The notes under the pieces were generated by a model. The model was not told the origin of the DNA. It searched no databases and saw only the letters and a list, made by a program, of their open reading frames with translations. From positions 3,038,001 to 3,102,000 of the forward strand of contig OX337232.1 of NCBI GenBank assembly GCA_946965045.2: DNA of 64,000 bases, written 5' to 3'. Of this stretch, positions 1 to 9,500 are shown piece by piece; within the stretch, counting starts at the first letter, position 1, and every line of letters starts with the position of its first letter. The DNA comes from Epithemia pelagica. Its lineage: Eukaryota; Protista; Bacillariophyta. A program made the translations under genes and the position numbers.

Positions 1-2669
1 ATGCCGAGGTACGCCAATACGTCTCCCTCAACCGTCATCTCCAAATCGTCCTTGAGCGATTCCAATACTTTCATAATGCGTGCTTTGTCCGGTCCGGCCC
101 AAATTACATCGTCGATGTATACAAGGCATAGGATCCGTTTGTTTGGGTCGTAGAATAGGCATGGATCAAACGGACTCTGTTTAAATCCACGTTGCTCCAA
201 ATGACCCTTTAGGTGGTCATACCACGAGAGAGGCGCTTGCTTTAAGCCATAAAGGCTTTTCTTCAAATGCAACACATATTCTTCACCGTCTTCGGTGTCC
301 GGTGCAAAGTCCTTCGGCAGCTCCATGTAGACATCCTCTGTGAGGAATGCTTGTGCAAAGGCATTGGTGTAGTCCGTTTGGACTGTCTCCCAACTAAAGA
401 CAAGGACCATCAACAATACCAGCCGAATCGTTATCCATTGGACAACGGGTGCATATGTCTCGAAGAAGTCGAGCCCGTACGTCTGTTTGTCTCCTCTGAC
501 ACACAATCTTGCCTTCAATTTTTGCACTGATCCGTCGGGGTAGCGCTTTCTTCGAAATGCCCAGGTTGATGGCAAGGCCTTTTCGCCACGTCTTTCCATT
601 TCGGACCGTAGAGTAAGTACCCATGTTCCTTTGTCCTCCAGCTCCTTTACTTTGTTGCCCATGGCTGCGATATAGCCCTCACGGTCATCACCAGTCATTG
701 CCTCGTAGTAGGACGGCAAGTCTGGGTTGTTCTTTTTGTTTGAAGCTTGAAAGGCAATTGGGTCGCGAAAACCGAAGGTGTCTGACTCGGAGTCCACGTT
801 GACGTACGCTTGATAGGCTGTGCCTGTCATAGCGTTGGTAACAAATGCAGCGAAACTCGCCAAGGCTCGGTAGCCTGCACCTTGTGTGCCATCGTATCCC
901 CAACGGAGTGGCGCCTTGCGCGTTCTACCGGAGCGACGGGGAGGAGTCGGTGGTGGTTCCTCGGTATCTGGTTGTGGTTGTTGTGGTGGTTGAAGAGGAG
1001 GTTCTTCAACGTCAGGCTGAGGTTCTTCTTCAACAGGTGGTAAAGGCTGTTCCTCTTGTTGTTGAGGTTGAGTTGGATCGGACGGTTGGTTCGGTGCAGG
1101 CACATCCTGCTCCCTCTGTTGTTGCATCCCGTCATTGATGGGATCGGTTGGTTCTTCAAACCGAACTCGTTGTTGTGTTTTCCGAATTTGAGATGAGCGG
1201 TCAACATTGTCATTTTGATGCTCCACCCATTCATCCGCTAAAGCAACCGGGTCGTCTTCATCGAATGCATAGTGGTAGCGGGAGTCGCCAAACAATTGAG
1301 TCCATTCAGCTTCATGGAATGGGCGGTCCAATGCAGTTCCGATCACGCTTGAGAACCAATCGTCGAAGACAACGTGGAACTGTGGGGAAATATGCCCCGT
1401 CTTTGTGTTCAGAACCAAGGGAACTCGTGAAGAATGCCGTCGTGAAAAACCAAGAAAGATTCCTCGTCTCGATCTTGGTTTCCATTTTGGTAGTTTGTGC
1501 CCGTCCTGGAGGGTTGGATCCAAGACATAACACGGGCATCCCCACACGTGCATATCTGCAAAAACTTGGCGACCGGCCTTAGACTTGACAATCAACTCCA
1601 TTGGTGACATCATGCCAGCGCTAGTACGAGGCATGTGATTGTGTTGAAACACAACGTAGTCAACCGCCATTGGCCACAGACTAATATCTGCTGCATCAGG
1701 CCATCGAATCGCAGCATGGATGAGAATCGTTTGTGCCTTTGACAGGATGGTTCCGATGGCACGCTCGGCTATTCCATTTTGATGGTGAGCTCCGACTCCA
1801 CTGAACTTAATATTTTGGAGACCGGATTCGATTTCGTTCACAAAAGCGTTGGAAGCGAAGATGCCGTTGTCGGATTGATAGGCTTGGACGGTGATTCCAA
1901 GATCAAACATTCGCTTTTCGTATCGTTGTTTGGCGGCAATCGTCTCAGTGGCCGTGAAATTGACCAAATGCTCGATGTGGATGTCACCAGTAGCGCGATC
2001 CACGAAGATACAGCCTCCAGAGTACATGCTGTCTGGATGGGACTGGCCTCTCGAAGAGTACAGGCGGCCCTTTTGTTTGACGACAAAATGATCCATGGAA
2101 ACGCGTTGACCGGGGAACAACTGGTCTTTCTTCAAGCCATACTCCCTCTCGCAAGCAATCGTTTTCGTGGAGGTATCGGTCGGACGTCGTTTTGCTTTGC
2201 CAAATTGACAGCCAGAACATTTCGGCAATTCACATTTGGATGCAGCCTTGATGAGAGGGGACAAACCAAGGGCTCCAGATTGCATGAGACGTTGGATAGC
2301 AGCCAGACCATGATGACACAAACGATAGTGCCATTTCATGAGCTCCTTTTGTGGCGTTGTTAAGTTCGGATTTTGAGTTTCTGTCACACAACCATGGTTC
2401 ACGACGGTGTTGGGAACAACTGGTACATTCGACATCGAACACGTTGGGAGGTTGTTCTCGGGATGGTATTGGATGGTGGCGATCTTGCCATTGGTGGTAT
2501 CGAATTGAAGAGTCGATCCACGGATGATGAAGCTCTCGAGCTCATTTTCTGAAGACGTTGCTTCCTTGTGCTGCAAATAGCTCTGCGGTGAGAACAATCT
2601 GCATCGAGCGGTGGATACATGGTAGGCCGGTGCTTCCATGTCGGTGAAAGTCCCATCATCCAATTGCAT
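1..2669 (-). CDS. copia pol, integrase + reverse transcriptase (open to the window edge, partial)
   Basis: Hand translation: MQLDDGT...KWHYRLCHHG...PGQRVSMDH...QSDNGIF...ADMHVWGCPCYVLDP...KARLCVRGD...LKKSLYGLKQAPLSWY...DPCLF...VYIDD. No stop seen. Probably missing from the ORF track because no stop codon falls within the window. Confidence 0.92.
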   Translation of the reverse strand, partial: MQLDDGTFTDMEAPAYHVSTARCRLFSPQSYLQHKEATSSENELESFIIRGSTLQFDTTNGKIATIQYHPENNLPTCSMSNVPVVPNTVVNHGCVTETQNPNLTTPQKELMKWHYRLCHHGLAAIQRLMQSGALGLSPLIKAASKCELPKCSGCQFGKAKRRPTDTSTKTIACEREYGLKKDQLFPGQRVSMDHFVVKQKGRLYSSRGQSHPDSMYSGGCIFVDRATGDIHIEHLVNFTATETIAAKQRYEKRMFDLGITVQAYQSDNGIFASNAFVNEIESGLQNIKFSGVGAHHQNGIAERAIGTILSKAQTILIHAAIRWPDAADISLWPMAVDYVVFQHNHMPRTSAGMMSPMELIVKSKAGRQVFADMHVWGCPCYVLDPTLQDGHKLPKWKPRSRRGIFLGFSRRHSSRVPLVLNTKTGHISPQFHVVFDDWFSSVIGTALDRPFHEAEWTQLFGDSRYHYAFDEDDPVALADEWVEHQNDNVDRSSQIRKTQQRVRFEEPTDPINDGMQQQREQDVPAPNQPSDPTQPQQQEEQPLPPVEEEPQPDVEEPPLQPPQQPQPDTEEPPPTPPRRSGRTRKAPLRWGYDGTQGAGYRALASFAAFVTNAMTGTAYQAYVNVDSESDTFGFRDPIAFQASNKKNNPDLPSYYEAMTGDDREGYIAAMGNKVKELEDKGTWVLTLRSEMERRGEKALPSTWAFRRKRYPDGSVQKLKARLCVRGDKQTYGLDFFETYAPVVQWITIRLVLLMVLVFSWETVQTDYTNAFAQAFLTEDVYMELPKDFAPDTEDGEEYVLHLKKSLYGLKQAPLSWYDHLKGHLEQRGFKQSPFDPCLFYDPNKRILCLVYIDDVIWAGPDKARIMKVLESLKDDLEMTVEGDVLAYLG

Positions 2670-3446
2670 TCACCATCGGACAAGACCAGTGCCGTTGATT
2701 TCCAATCCTTTTGCTAATCCTTGCAGGACTGACCCAGACAATTCGGTGTACTCAACAAAGTCGTCACGGTGTGGTGAGATTGTGATTGTGGCTCCAGTGT
2801 CGACGGTGACTGGAAAGGTACGAGCTGTAGGTTCCGAGAGGAAACTCCAAGCCAACGGTGCTCCCTCTGTTGACGGCTTGGCGGTGTTTGCCTGTGCGTT
2901 GCGATGAACGGCCGCTGGAAACAGTAGGGTGAAAGAGAGTTCTTCAATTGGGTCAGGGTCCGGTGGTTTTGGAAGCCCAAAAGGTGGAGGGTCATCGTCA
3001 GCTGGTCGCAAATCTGTAAGAGCACGGCGCCGCTTGCGTCGACGCCATCGTAGCGATCGATGAGAAGGGTGTGGATGAAAAAGCCGAAAGTACCAAAAAG
3101 GAAGGGCCATTTCCTTGCTTCGGGGTGTCCCAAACAAGCGTCGATGGTAGACTCGACTTGCAAAGGTGAGCGATGGGAACTTGGTGAGCAGTGCACCAAT
3201 CCCCAAGATGAAAGAATGTGTGCTCATCATCACACCCAAATAACAACAGAACAGTCCAGGCAGTACCATGATTGGCGAGAAGCGAGAGCGACGACGAGTT
3301 TTGCGAGTGAATAAAGGGTGAGGTTTTTGTTGTGGCAAGACGGTGCGCCAAATAGAGACAAACAAGCGAATGAAAGCGAAGAGGATGGGCAACGGATTCA
3401 TCATCACCAAATAAGAATACATAGCGATGAGTATCCGCCCGATGAG
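2670..3446 (-). CDS. copia segment between gag and integrase: hydrophobic stretch plus aspartic protease, bounded by in-frame TGA codons
   Basis: Same frame as gag and pol. Contains FPVTVDTGATITISPHRDDF. TGA codons at 3447-3449 and 2670-2672. Confidence 0.85.
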   Translation of the reverse strand, partial: LIGRILIAMYSYLVMMNPLPILFAFIRLFVSIWRTVLPQQKPHPLFTRKTRRRSRFSPIMVLPGLFCCYLGVMMSTHSFILGIGALLTKFPSLTFASRVYHRRLFGTPRSKEMALPFWYFRLFHPHPSHRSLRWRRRKRRRALTDLRPADDDPPPFGLPKPPDPDPIEELSFTLLFPAAVHRNAQANTAKPSTEGAPLAWSFLSEPTARTFPVTVDTGATITISPHRDDFVEYTELSGSVLQGLAKGLEINGTGLVRW

Positions 3447-4937
3447 TCATTCGTTGTCTTCGTCTAAGATAGTTGCAGCTCCACAATATTTTAGAGATGC
3501 AAGCGATGCGGCCGGTTTCGTACCGCCAGTTTGATTCGCTTTCTTGGCATAATCGTTGTCATGCGTCGCCGTTCCGTGCGATAGTCGCCAGAATCCACAA
3601 ATGGCACACCAGTGCCACGGCATTCCATTCACATTTTTGGTTTCGGGCTCTCCATCACCCGGTGGTTTGGACTTCCAAGGAGCCTTTGGAGCTTTTGACT
3701 TTCGTTCTCCGCTGTTGTTGTTGTCGGTGCTGGCTTTTGGACAATCCTTCTTCAAATGATCCGGTGATCCACAGATATGACACTTGCGTCCACCGCTGTT
3801 GGACTTTCCCTTTCCACTGTTGGTTCCGCCCTTCAAGGCTGCTGAGACACTCTTCTGCAAGAGATTATTAATCTCGGTTTTTGTGAACGACATCATTGCT
3901 TCTGGCGGATTACCAGCGTCGCTCTTTCCAGACGGTCCCCATCGTTTGGCTGTCAACAACAAAGTATATTCTGCGTTTGCTTCTTCTACAAGTTGTTGGA
4001 CAGAGATGTAATCCGCTTCCCCAGCGCGAGATTCAATGGTGGCCCTTGACAGGCCATGAACTTTGGTAACCCATTGATTGACAGCGGTGCTACGAGCCAT
4101 AAACTTGACACGAAATTGCTCAACTGACGAGGTACAGAGCTGCTCATTTAGGAGAAATGGAGCGTCGCTTGGCACGTTCTTTCCGAGCTCGACACATATT
4201 TGCAGGAACTTTGTAGTGAAGACCTTGACATCTTCTCCAGCAGTCTGACGAAGTTTGTGGTTCTCAAGTTGTTGCTTGAGCGCTTTGATTTGTTGGAAGG
4301 AGGCCGTCCGAACCTCACGCACAACGTAAATCCAGAGGATGGGTCCATATTTCAAATCGCGCGGTAGCAATGGACGAATGCTGTTCTTGACTGAGTCGTC
4401 TAGCAGTGACATGATGGCCTTACACGCAAGGTCCATGTTGTTGGTGGAATAATCGTCGTACAAAGGTGAAGTGGCTCCCATTCCGGTTCTAAAGTGATTC
4501 ACAACAAAGGCTGGAGTGAATTCGGAGTCTTCTTGCAGAATGTCGACTAGTCTGGTGGGATCTTGTGGATCAGGAAGGTAGAATTCACTGTCCATCCCAT
4601 GAAACTCCATGTGGTCGGCGACCATCTCTGCCAATTGCTCAATTGTGAGGCTCTTTTCATCTCGTGTGAACTTGCGCGGCTCGCTTTCATTACCATCCAC
4701 AAAGGTCGTCTTCTGTTTCAACGCCTTGTGCGCTTCCGTCGGATCTTGCAACTGATAGCAATATGGGCTCCGCGGAACGGTTCGTGTCGTTGCGGTGAAC
4801 GTCACATCAGTCGGTCGGCCTCCAGTCCATAAATGGATTCCGTTCAATCCTCCAAGCTGTGGCGGTGTAGGGGGACGCGGCGCTCGAGGCGTGCCAGGTG
4901 GTCCCGGTGGCGGTGGCGATTCCCCTCCAGCAGCCAT
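3447..4937 (-). CDS. copia gag (496 aa)
   Basis: CCHC knuckle CHICGSPDHLKKDC and a second Cys/His motif WHWCAICGFWRLSHGTATH. Immediately downstream of the PBS/leader. Confidence 0.93.
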   Translation of the reverse strand: MAAGGESPPPPGPPGTPRAPRPPTPPQLGGLNGIHLWTGGRPTDVTFTATTRTVPRSPYCYQLQDPTEAHKALKQKTTFVDGNESEPRKFTRDEKSLTIEQLAEMVADHMEFHGMDSEFYLPDPQDPTRLVDILQEDSEFTPAFVVNHFRTGMGATSPLYDDYSTNNMDLACKAIMSLLDDSVKNSIRPLLPRDLKYGPILWIYVVREVRTASFQQIKALKQQLENHKLRQTAGEDVKVFTTKFLQICVELGKNVPSDAPFLLNEQLCTSSVEQFRVKFMARSTAVNQWVTKVHGLSRATIESRAGEADYISVQQLVEEANAEYTLLLTAKRWGPSGKSDAGNPPEAMMSFTKTEINNLLQKSVSAALKGGTNSGKGKSNSGGRKCHICGSPDHLKKDCPKASTDNNNSGERKSKAPKAPWKSKPPGDGEPETKNVNGMPWHWCAICGFWRLSHGTATHDNDYAKKANQTGGTKPAASLASLKYCGAATILDEDNE

Positions 4938-5042
4938 GGTTCTTCTCAGCGTCGAGTCCGTTTCGTTTCGTCGATGGTACGCGAAGTCTTCTTCTTCTCC
5001 AGCTCTTGTTCGATAACAAAAGCAAGCTTACAACCCTTTACT

Positions 5043-5055
5043 TGGGCTCATAACC
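5043..5055 (-). other. primer-binding site complementary to the anticodon stem-loop of tRNA-iMet (half-tRNA priming)
   Basis: Minus strand reads ...GCGACA|GGTTATGAGCCCA directly after the LTR end. This PBS type is known from Drosophila copia, Ty5 and Osser. Confidence 0.85.
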
Positions 5056-5292
5056 TGTCGCAACAGACGATGTTGCTGTTGCTCAAAGTCGTACGCAGCG
5101 GAGAGTTGATGCTCCACTATGGTCAACTTGGTTCGATGATGCGGCTAACGACGAAAAGGAAGATCAAAACAACAGATTTGGAAATTATGGTGACAGTGGG
5201 AATTTGAATCTATCTACTTTCCCATGCCGACACGCGCGCTACAAGACTGCCCGTCAACCCCACTGATGGACAGTACGCCCCACTTTGTGACA
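5056..5292 (-). repeat. copia 5' LTR (about 237 bp)
   Basis: Inner end fixed by the PBS. Outer end inferred from the imperfect terminal inverted repeat TGTCGCAA...TTGTGACA (7/8 match). The second LTR is not in the window, so the outer end is unconfirmed. Confidence 0.7.
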
Positions 5293-6097
5293 ATCTGTCT
5301 TTGGGAAGGGAATGGAGGTCGAATACTTTTGGAACGAAGAGAAGAGTATGAATAGTGTCAAGGCGTGGTGGTGGAAGATCCCGAATTGGTGGTGGGCGAT
5401 CGAAACGGAGAAGAATTTTTGCTCATGACAGTGACCTTTGAGGATGACGGTTCGACGCACAAAATACTCTTTCGACCGGAAGAAAAGGCACAATGGAGAC
5501 CCACTCGAGGGCGTTCGTACGAATCATAGAAAGCTTATGGTATACCATCAAAATTATCATTGATTCATTGTTTCCCACAATGCCATTTGTATACAACGAG
5601 AGATTCATTTCAAACAAACACATCTTCTGGACTGGCCATGGCTCCTACAGTTTTGAATCATTGCCTTGGGAACAACAACACTAACTATATTACTAACTCA
5701 TTCCGATTCGTGGCAAGAAGGATACGACGGAAAGGATGTAAGATTGCCGTTTATGGAAGAGGGCGATGGATCTTCACTTTCGTTGTTGTTGCGAAATGGG
5801 GTGTTTTCCTGGTTGTCCATGCTTGTGGATGGACAATTGAATGCAACACCAAGTATGCAGAAGTGTCGTTGGTAGTATGGTAAAGCTTAGAGGGGCTTGG
5901 GTGTGGTTGGAAAACCTTCAAGGCGGATGAAATCGACCTCACTTGTTTGGCACCGTGGTGGATGCGTTGAGGTGAAATGCGATTTGTATCAATGTCGTAA
6001 AATTGCCAATTTTGGGTGGTTGAGCCAAGGGTGAGTAAGAGAATGTACCTTTAGGTACGACTTATGTGCGACCTGGACTCACCCCTGCTTGGGGGTA
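5293..6097 (-). mobile_element. remnant end of a Mutator-like element (same family as 16265-17362), cut by the copia insertion
   Basis: Terminus CTCACCCCTGCTTGGGGGTA at 6078-6097 is identical to 17343-17362. An inward-reading frame carries several TGA/TAA stops. Confidence 0.65.
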
Positions 6098-6228
6098 CCG
6101 GGTAACCCTGGAGAGCAGATTTGTGAATTTCATCAAATATCACAGCAACGTCAGGCCACGTAGGCAGAAAGTGTGAAATGTGTGAAATTTCACGCTTGTT
6201 AAGACCAGCCCTGACTGTACAAACAACT

Positions 6229-6444
6229 TGCGGTACCCCTATATGGATCCCGCCATACGTGTCACCACGTTCCATTCCCGGTTCGCGTTCTTGACACTGC
6301 GACATGAATCTTCCGCCATCTGGCTGTTCCTCCTCCAGTCATTTCTCGTCGCACGTGGCACTGTGGATTCCTCATTCCCCCTAATTCCTCGTAATTCCTA
6401 AAGATCACAATTTTTATACCGTGCTATTTTACATGGGTATGGCA
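6229..6444 (+). repeat. gypsy 5' LTR
   Basis: TGCGGTACCC...GGGTATGGCA; 215/216 identical to 11732-11947. Confidence 0.97.
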
Positions 6445-6572
6445 CTCTGATCAGAAGCTCGAAAACTTCCCCCAACACTCTTTCACCATAACCACCTGCC
6501 GTTCTTTGGCCGATCCTCGTTGATCTTATCATCCTTTGATTCCTTTCCTTTTCTTTCTTTTGCAGTCTCATC

Positions 6573-9500
6573 ATGAGCACAGGATCTTCCCTCGTCTCCC
6601 TTGCGGATGTTCAACGCTTCCAAAAGCGCTTCGATCAAGCCTCGGCTTCAGATTCTTCCTCTGCTCTTTCCACCCTCAAGTTGAAAGACGACGACGATGA
6701 CAAGTACTACGTCCGTCTCTTGCCATTCCGAGATGGCGTGGATGAAGAGCCCTCGAATCTCTTCCTGTGGGTCCTCCATATTGTTGACAAGGTCAAGATC
6801 TCCGGTCATCCAGAGCCCTTTGCTGCCTGCTGCACCTACTTTCCCCGTGTCACCACAAGTCTCGTAGCGGACAAGTTCCATGATGCATTCCAGGCCTTGC
6901 CTGATGGCGCCGACCTCGATGAGGCGTGTTTCAAACGGTTGATTGCTATGATCTTCGAACCCAAGTTGACGGTTTCCGAAGTCAATGCCTTTCGGGCACA
7001 CCTTCTTAGCGGTCCTCGCAAGCCACCTGATATGAACGTGGATATCCATTATCACACCCTCCAGAAGATTTCCAACGGTCTCCGTTACTTGTCTAACGAC
7101 AACGCTGTCCAAGCCCTCACTGACGATGAGTTGAAGCAAGCCTTCTATCTCGGCTCCCCTGTTGCTTGGCGCAACGAGTTCAAGACGGCCAATCCCTTGG
7201 TTGCAGATTTGGTGAATCATTTCAACATCACCGACCTTCTTCATGCGATGCGTGGCTATCAAAAGGTCTCCCAAGAAAAGATGGCTGCCAATGCACAGTC
7301 CCAGGCCAAGTCCCGCAATCCTCGCGATGATTCCACTTCTCGCGGTTCCACGAAGCGTTTTCGCTCCTCTAACGGTGGCCGTGGCGGTCTCCGCGGCGGC
7401 AATCGCCAGTCCAATGGTGGACGCCAAGCGTCCGGTGATCGTCCCGTAAATGACGGCGATGCCTGTCCTTACAAGGACGCGATTCCTTCGCACGCCAATC
7501 ATACTTGGGCCAACTGCATCTACAACCCGCAGTCCTCCAATTTTAACCAAGAGCGTTTCAACGCCTTTCTTGCCCGTACCGGGTCTGGTCTTCGTACCCC
7601 TACTGGGTCTCATCCCAACAATGGTTCTCAGAACCAAGGCCGTAACGGCCAAGGCTCTCGTAGCCAGGGAACTCCCTCGTCTGGAGGATCGCGCCCTATT
7701 GGTTCCAGTTGGGGCGCTGTTCCCCGTCGTTCTGGATCTGGCTCAGACCAGCATGCCTCTGAAGGCACCAGCACAGGCGACAATCCACCGGTTGATCCGT
7801 CGTTGGCCGAGCCGTTGCCTTCTGTGCAAGACGCGGCTTATCGTGCTCGTCAACGCCCTCTCACTGATATCCGTGATTGGTCAAGTCTCCGCAATGCCGA
7901 TCGAACGGTCCCCGGTATGTGTTCTTCTTCCTTTTTTACCTCATCCTCTCCGGATATTTCTCATCATCTTGATGTTCTTTTTGCTCAGCAATGTCACATC
8001 CAGACTGGCCCTCCACAGGCTATGCCGGCCGAGAATGCCATCCTCAGGCCCCAATTCTCGAGGTCCGCGAACAATTGTACAAGATCTACGGGCGTAACAT
8101 GGACATCGCCCACATCTACGACTTGTCCTCCCCTGGAGGCAACGACAAATACTGTCGCTTCCCCTTGTCTTAATCCTACGGATGCTGTCATCGCTGACAT
8201 CGTTGATCCCAATAATGGTTTTTTATCTAACCTAGATCACTATGAAGATGTCTACTCATCTAGTTCTGTCTCTGACGCTCCTAGTTTATCTAGTCCCCTT
8301 TCGGTCGCTCCCTCTGAGCCTCCGTCTGTTCCCCTCACCATTTTGATGGCTCGGTCCATTGGTGGAGTCGAGAACACCGTCCCGTTGCGTGCCCTGCTCG
8401 ATTCAGGCGCCGACAAAACGATCCTGCACGCGCGCTGTCTTCAGCCCGGCATGCATCCACGTGTAACCAATCGGTCTGTCAATACCACCATGGGTACACG
8501 CGACCACGTCTCCGAGATTCTTCTCGAAGATTTGGTTCTCCCCGAGTTTTCTCGGACCAAACACATTTCATACCCCCTTTGGGCCGATATCTTTGATGCC
8601 CCCACTTGTCGTTATGACATCATTATTGGTCGCGATCTTTTGCGTCGTTTGGGCATTGTGCTCAACTTTCACACTGGTCTCACAACTTGCACAACTTGGG
8701 ACTCCGTTGATGTCGCTATGCGCCATCGCGATTCATTCGCCACTGACCAGACATTCATGTCTCATTTCATCGACATCTTTGCCGACGATCCCATTATTGG
8801 TGATCAATTCCTCTTGGATTCGAACTACGTTCCTACGGATCTACAAGATCTGATTGACAAACAACATCATCTTACCGATGCCCAAAAGCAAGATCTTCTT
8901 GCTATTTGGCAAGACTGTGGCAAAATCTTCGATGGCGAGCTCCGTGAATATCCGGACCGAACGCTCCATCTTCATCTCAAGCCTGATGCCCAGCCTGTCC
9001 ATCATCGTCACTTTTCAGTGCCCCGCAATATACATGATACTTTCACGAAGGAGCTGTGGCGCTTCGTCGACATTGGTATCCTTGAGCGCGTCGGTTCTAC
9101 CGAATGGGCTGCTCCTCACTTTGCCATTCCCAAAAAGGATGGTCGTATCCGAATGATTTCGGACTTTCGTTCTTTGAACGCCCAACTCTACCGTCGGGTC
9201 TACCCCTTTCCTCGTATCGAGGACATGCTCCGTAAACGGAAAGGCTACACGTATTTTACAAAGTTAGACATCTCCATGTGTTTTTACACATTCCGCCTCG
9301 ATGAGGAATCCAGCAATCTTTGCGTCATTACTACGCCTTTTGGCAAATTCCGTTACCGTCGCTTACCGATGGGTGTTAAACAGTCTCCTGACTTCTGTCA
9401 AGAGATTATGGAAGACGTCCTCAAGGACTTCAGCGACCATGTCGAAGTCTATATTGACGACATTGGCATCTTCTCCAATTCTTGGGAAGAACACGTGGAC

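Larger units (their letters stand above)
1..5292 (-). mobile_element. Ty1/copia LTR retrotransposon (CoDi-like), 5' LTR through RT; 3' part lies beyond the window edge
   Basis: Minus-strand domain order gag-PR-IN-RT. Motifs: CHICGSPDHLKKDC zinc knuckle, VDTGA protease, WHYRLCH/CSGC and DHF..SDNG..GIAERAI integrase, KSLYGLKQAP and VYIDD reverse transcriptase. LTR and PBS are at 5043-5292. Confidence 0.97.

Noticed and set aside
1555-1595. Apparent frameshift in the copia integrase
   Set aside because: A recount of the A5 run gives GTT TTT GCA GAT ATG, which keeps the frame open.
6434-6444. TGGGTATGGCA as the gypsy PBS after ...TTTACA
   Set aside because: The same bases occur at the end of the 3' LTR before the TSD and form the inverted terminus with TGCGGTACCC, so they are part of the LTR.
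6648-7652. 334-aa antisense ORF inside gypsy gag
   Set aside because: No recognisable motif; it is the expected antisense shadow of a long coding frame.
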